From positions 3,342 to 67,341 of the forward strand of contig CANQQU010000005.1 of NCBI GenBank assembly GCA_947626085.1: a DNA stretch of 64,000 bases, in the 5' to 3' direction. Made by a program: the position numbers and the translations under genes. Below the pieces are notes generated by a model, which saw nothing but the letters and a program-made list of their open reading frames with translations, searched no databases and was not told where the DNA came from. Origin of the DNA: an uncultured Oscillospiraceae bacterium (GTDB lineage Bacteria; Bacillota; Clostridia; Oscillospirales; Oscillospiraceae). Below, one piece after another: positions 63,743 to 64,000 of the stretch (within the stretch, counting starts at the first letter, position 1; every line of letters begins with the position of its first letter).

Positions 63743-64000
63743 TTAGTCTTTCCGGGGGTCGATATACTTATGGGCGTTCTCAAAACGGCCATAGTGACCC
63801 TTCGCTTTTTCCAGAGCGACAGCGGCATCGTCGCCCTTTTTGATAAAGTCCATCATCTTGCCCAGGTTGATGAATTCGTAACCAATGATCAGGTTGTCCT
63901 CGTCCAGGGCACAGCGGGTGACGTAGCCCTCCGCCATTTCCAGGTAACGGGGTCCCTTGAGCTTGGTGGCGAACATGGTGCCCACCTGGCTCCGCAGGCC
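63743..64000 (-). CDS. Hypothetical protein, 5' end probably outside the window
   Basis: The frame is open to the window edge. It lies upstream of and co-oriented with the GGGtGRT gene (15-nt gap). Confidence 0.4.
   Translation of the reverse strand, partial: GLRSQVGTMFATKLKGPRYLEMAEGYVTRCALDEDNLIIGYEFINLGKMMDFIKKGDDAAVALEKAKGHYGRFENAHKYIDPRKD

Noticed and set aside
1-64000. A search by eye for CRISPR arrays, tRNA or rRNA genes, transposase or integrase genes, and toxin-antitoxin or defence gene signatures.
   Set aside because: No regularly spaced repeats, no cloverleaf-like or rRNA-like segments, and no recombinase or defence-domain motifs were recognised. The only autonomous mobile element seen is the group II intron.

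Overview
This is a high-GC Clostridia-type chromosomal segment, probably Oscillospirales (inferred from gene content only). All calls come from reading the sequence and ORF track by eye, so coordinates of RNA and regulatory elements are approximate.

Left to right:
1. A cydD/cydC-like ABC exporter pair.
2. A roughly 7 kb decayed, mobile-element-scarred tract (3.97-10.9 kb). It holds a nonsense-mutated and truncated DUF454/YbaN gene and a complete group II intron (RT-maturase-HNH ORF) on the minus strand. It also holds a sigma-70 region-4 fragment, a receiver-domain fragment, a twice-frameshifted surface lipoprotein, a frameshifted AMP-ligase fused to an LRR fragment, and an XRE fragment.
3. 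A roughly 26 kb glycan-utilisation region: xylB, a fucose-isomerase-like gene, GH43, GH78, three permuted and doubly membrane-anchored GH3 genes, an SGNH esterase, GH2 and unknown lipoproteins. No transporter is present. An AgrC-like kinase and LytTR regulator pair is embedded in it. Four promoters carry the same 21-bp-phased direct-repeat box at a fixed distance from the -10.
4. A more AT-rich LysR-controlled cassette bracketed by 34-bp direct repeats.
5. A roughly 610-nt ORF-free structured region plus a 4-TM DxxxD protein directly upstream of dxs-tlyA-nadK-argR-recN. This is the known OLE RNA/oapA arrangement.
6. A T-box leader, an MBL hydrolase and tyrS, followed by an MFS transporter and a GDPD gene.
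7. An operon of an ectB-like aminotransferase, a MurT-like ligase and a GatD-like protein. The GatD-like protein appears to lack the canonical catalytic Cys and His.
8. pgmB, a ROK glucokinase and GH65, then a GGGtGRT-family gene.

No rRNA, tRNA or CRISPR was seen. Many very long antisense ORFs are GC-content artefacts.
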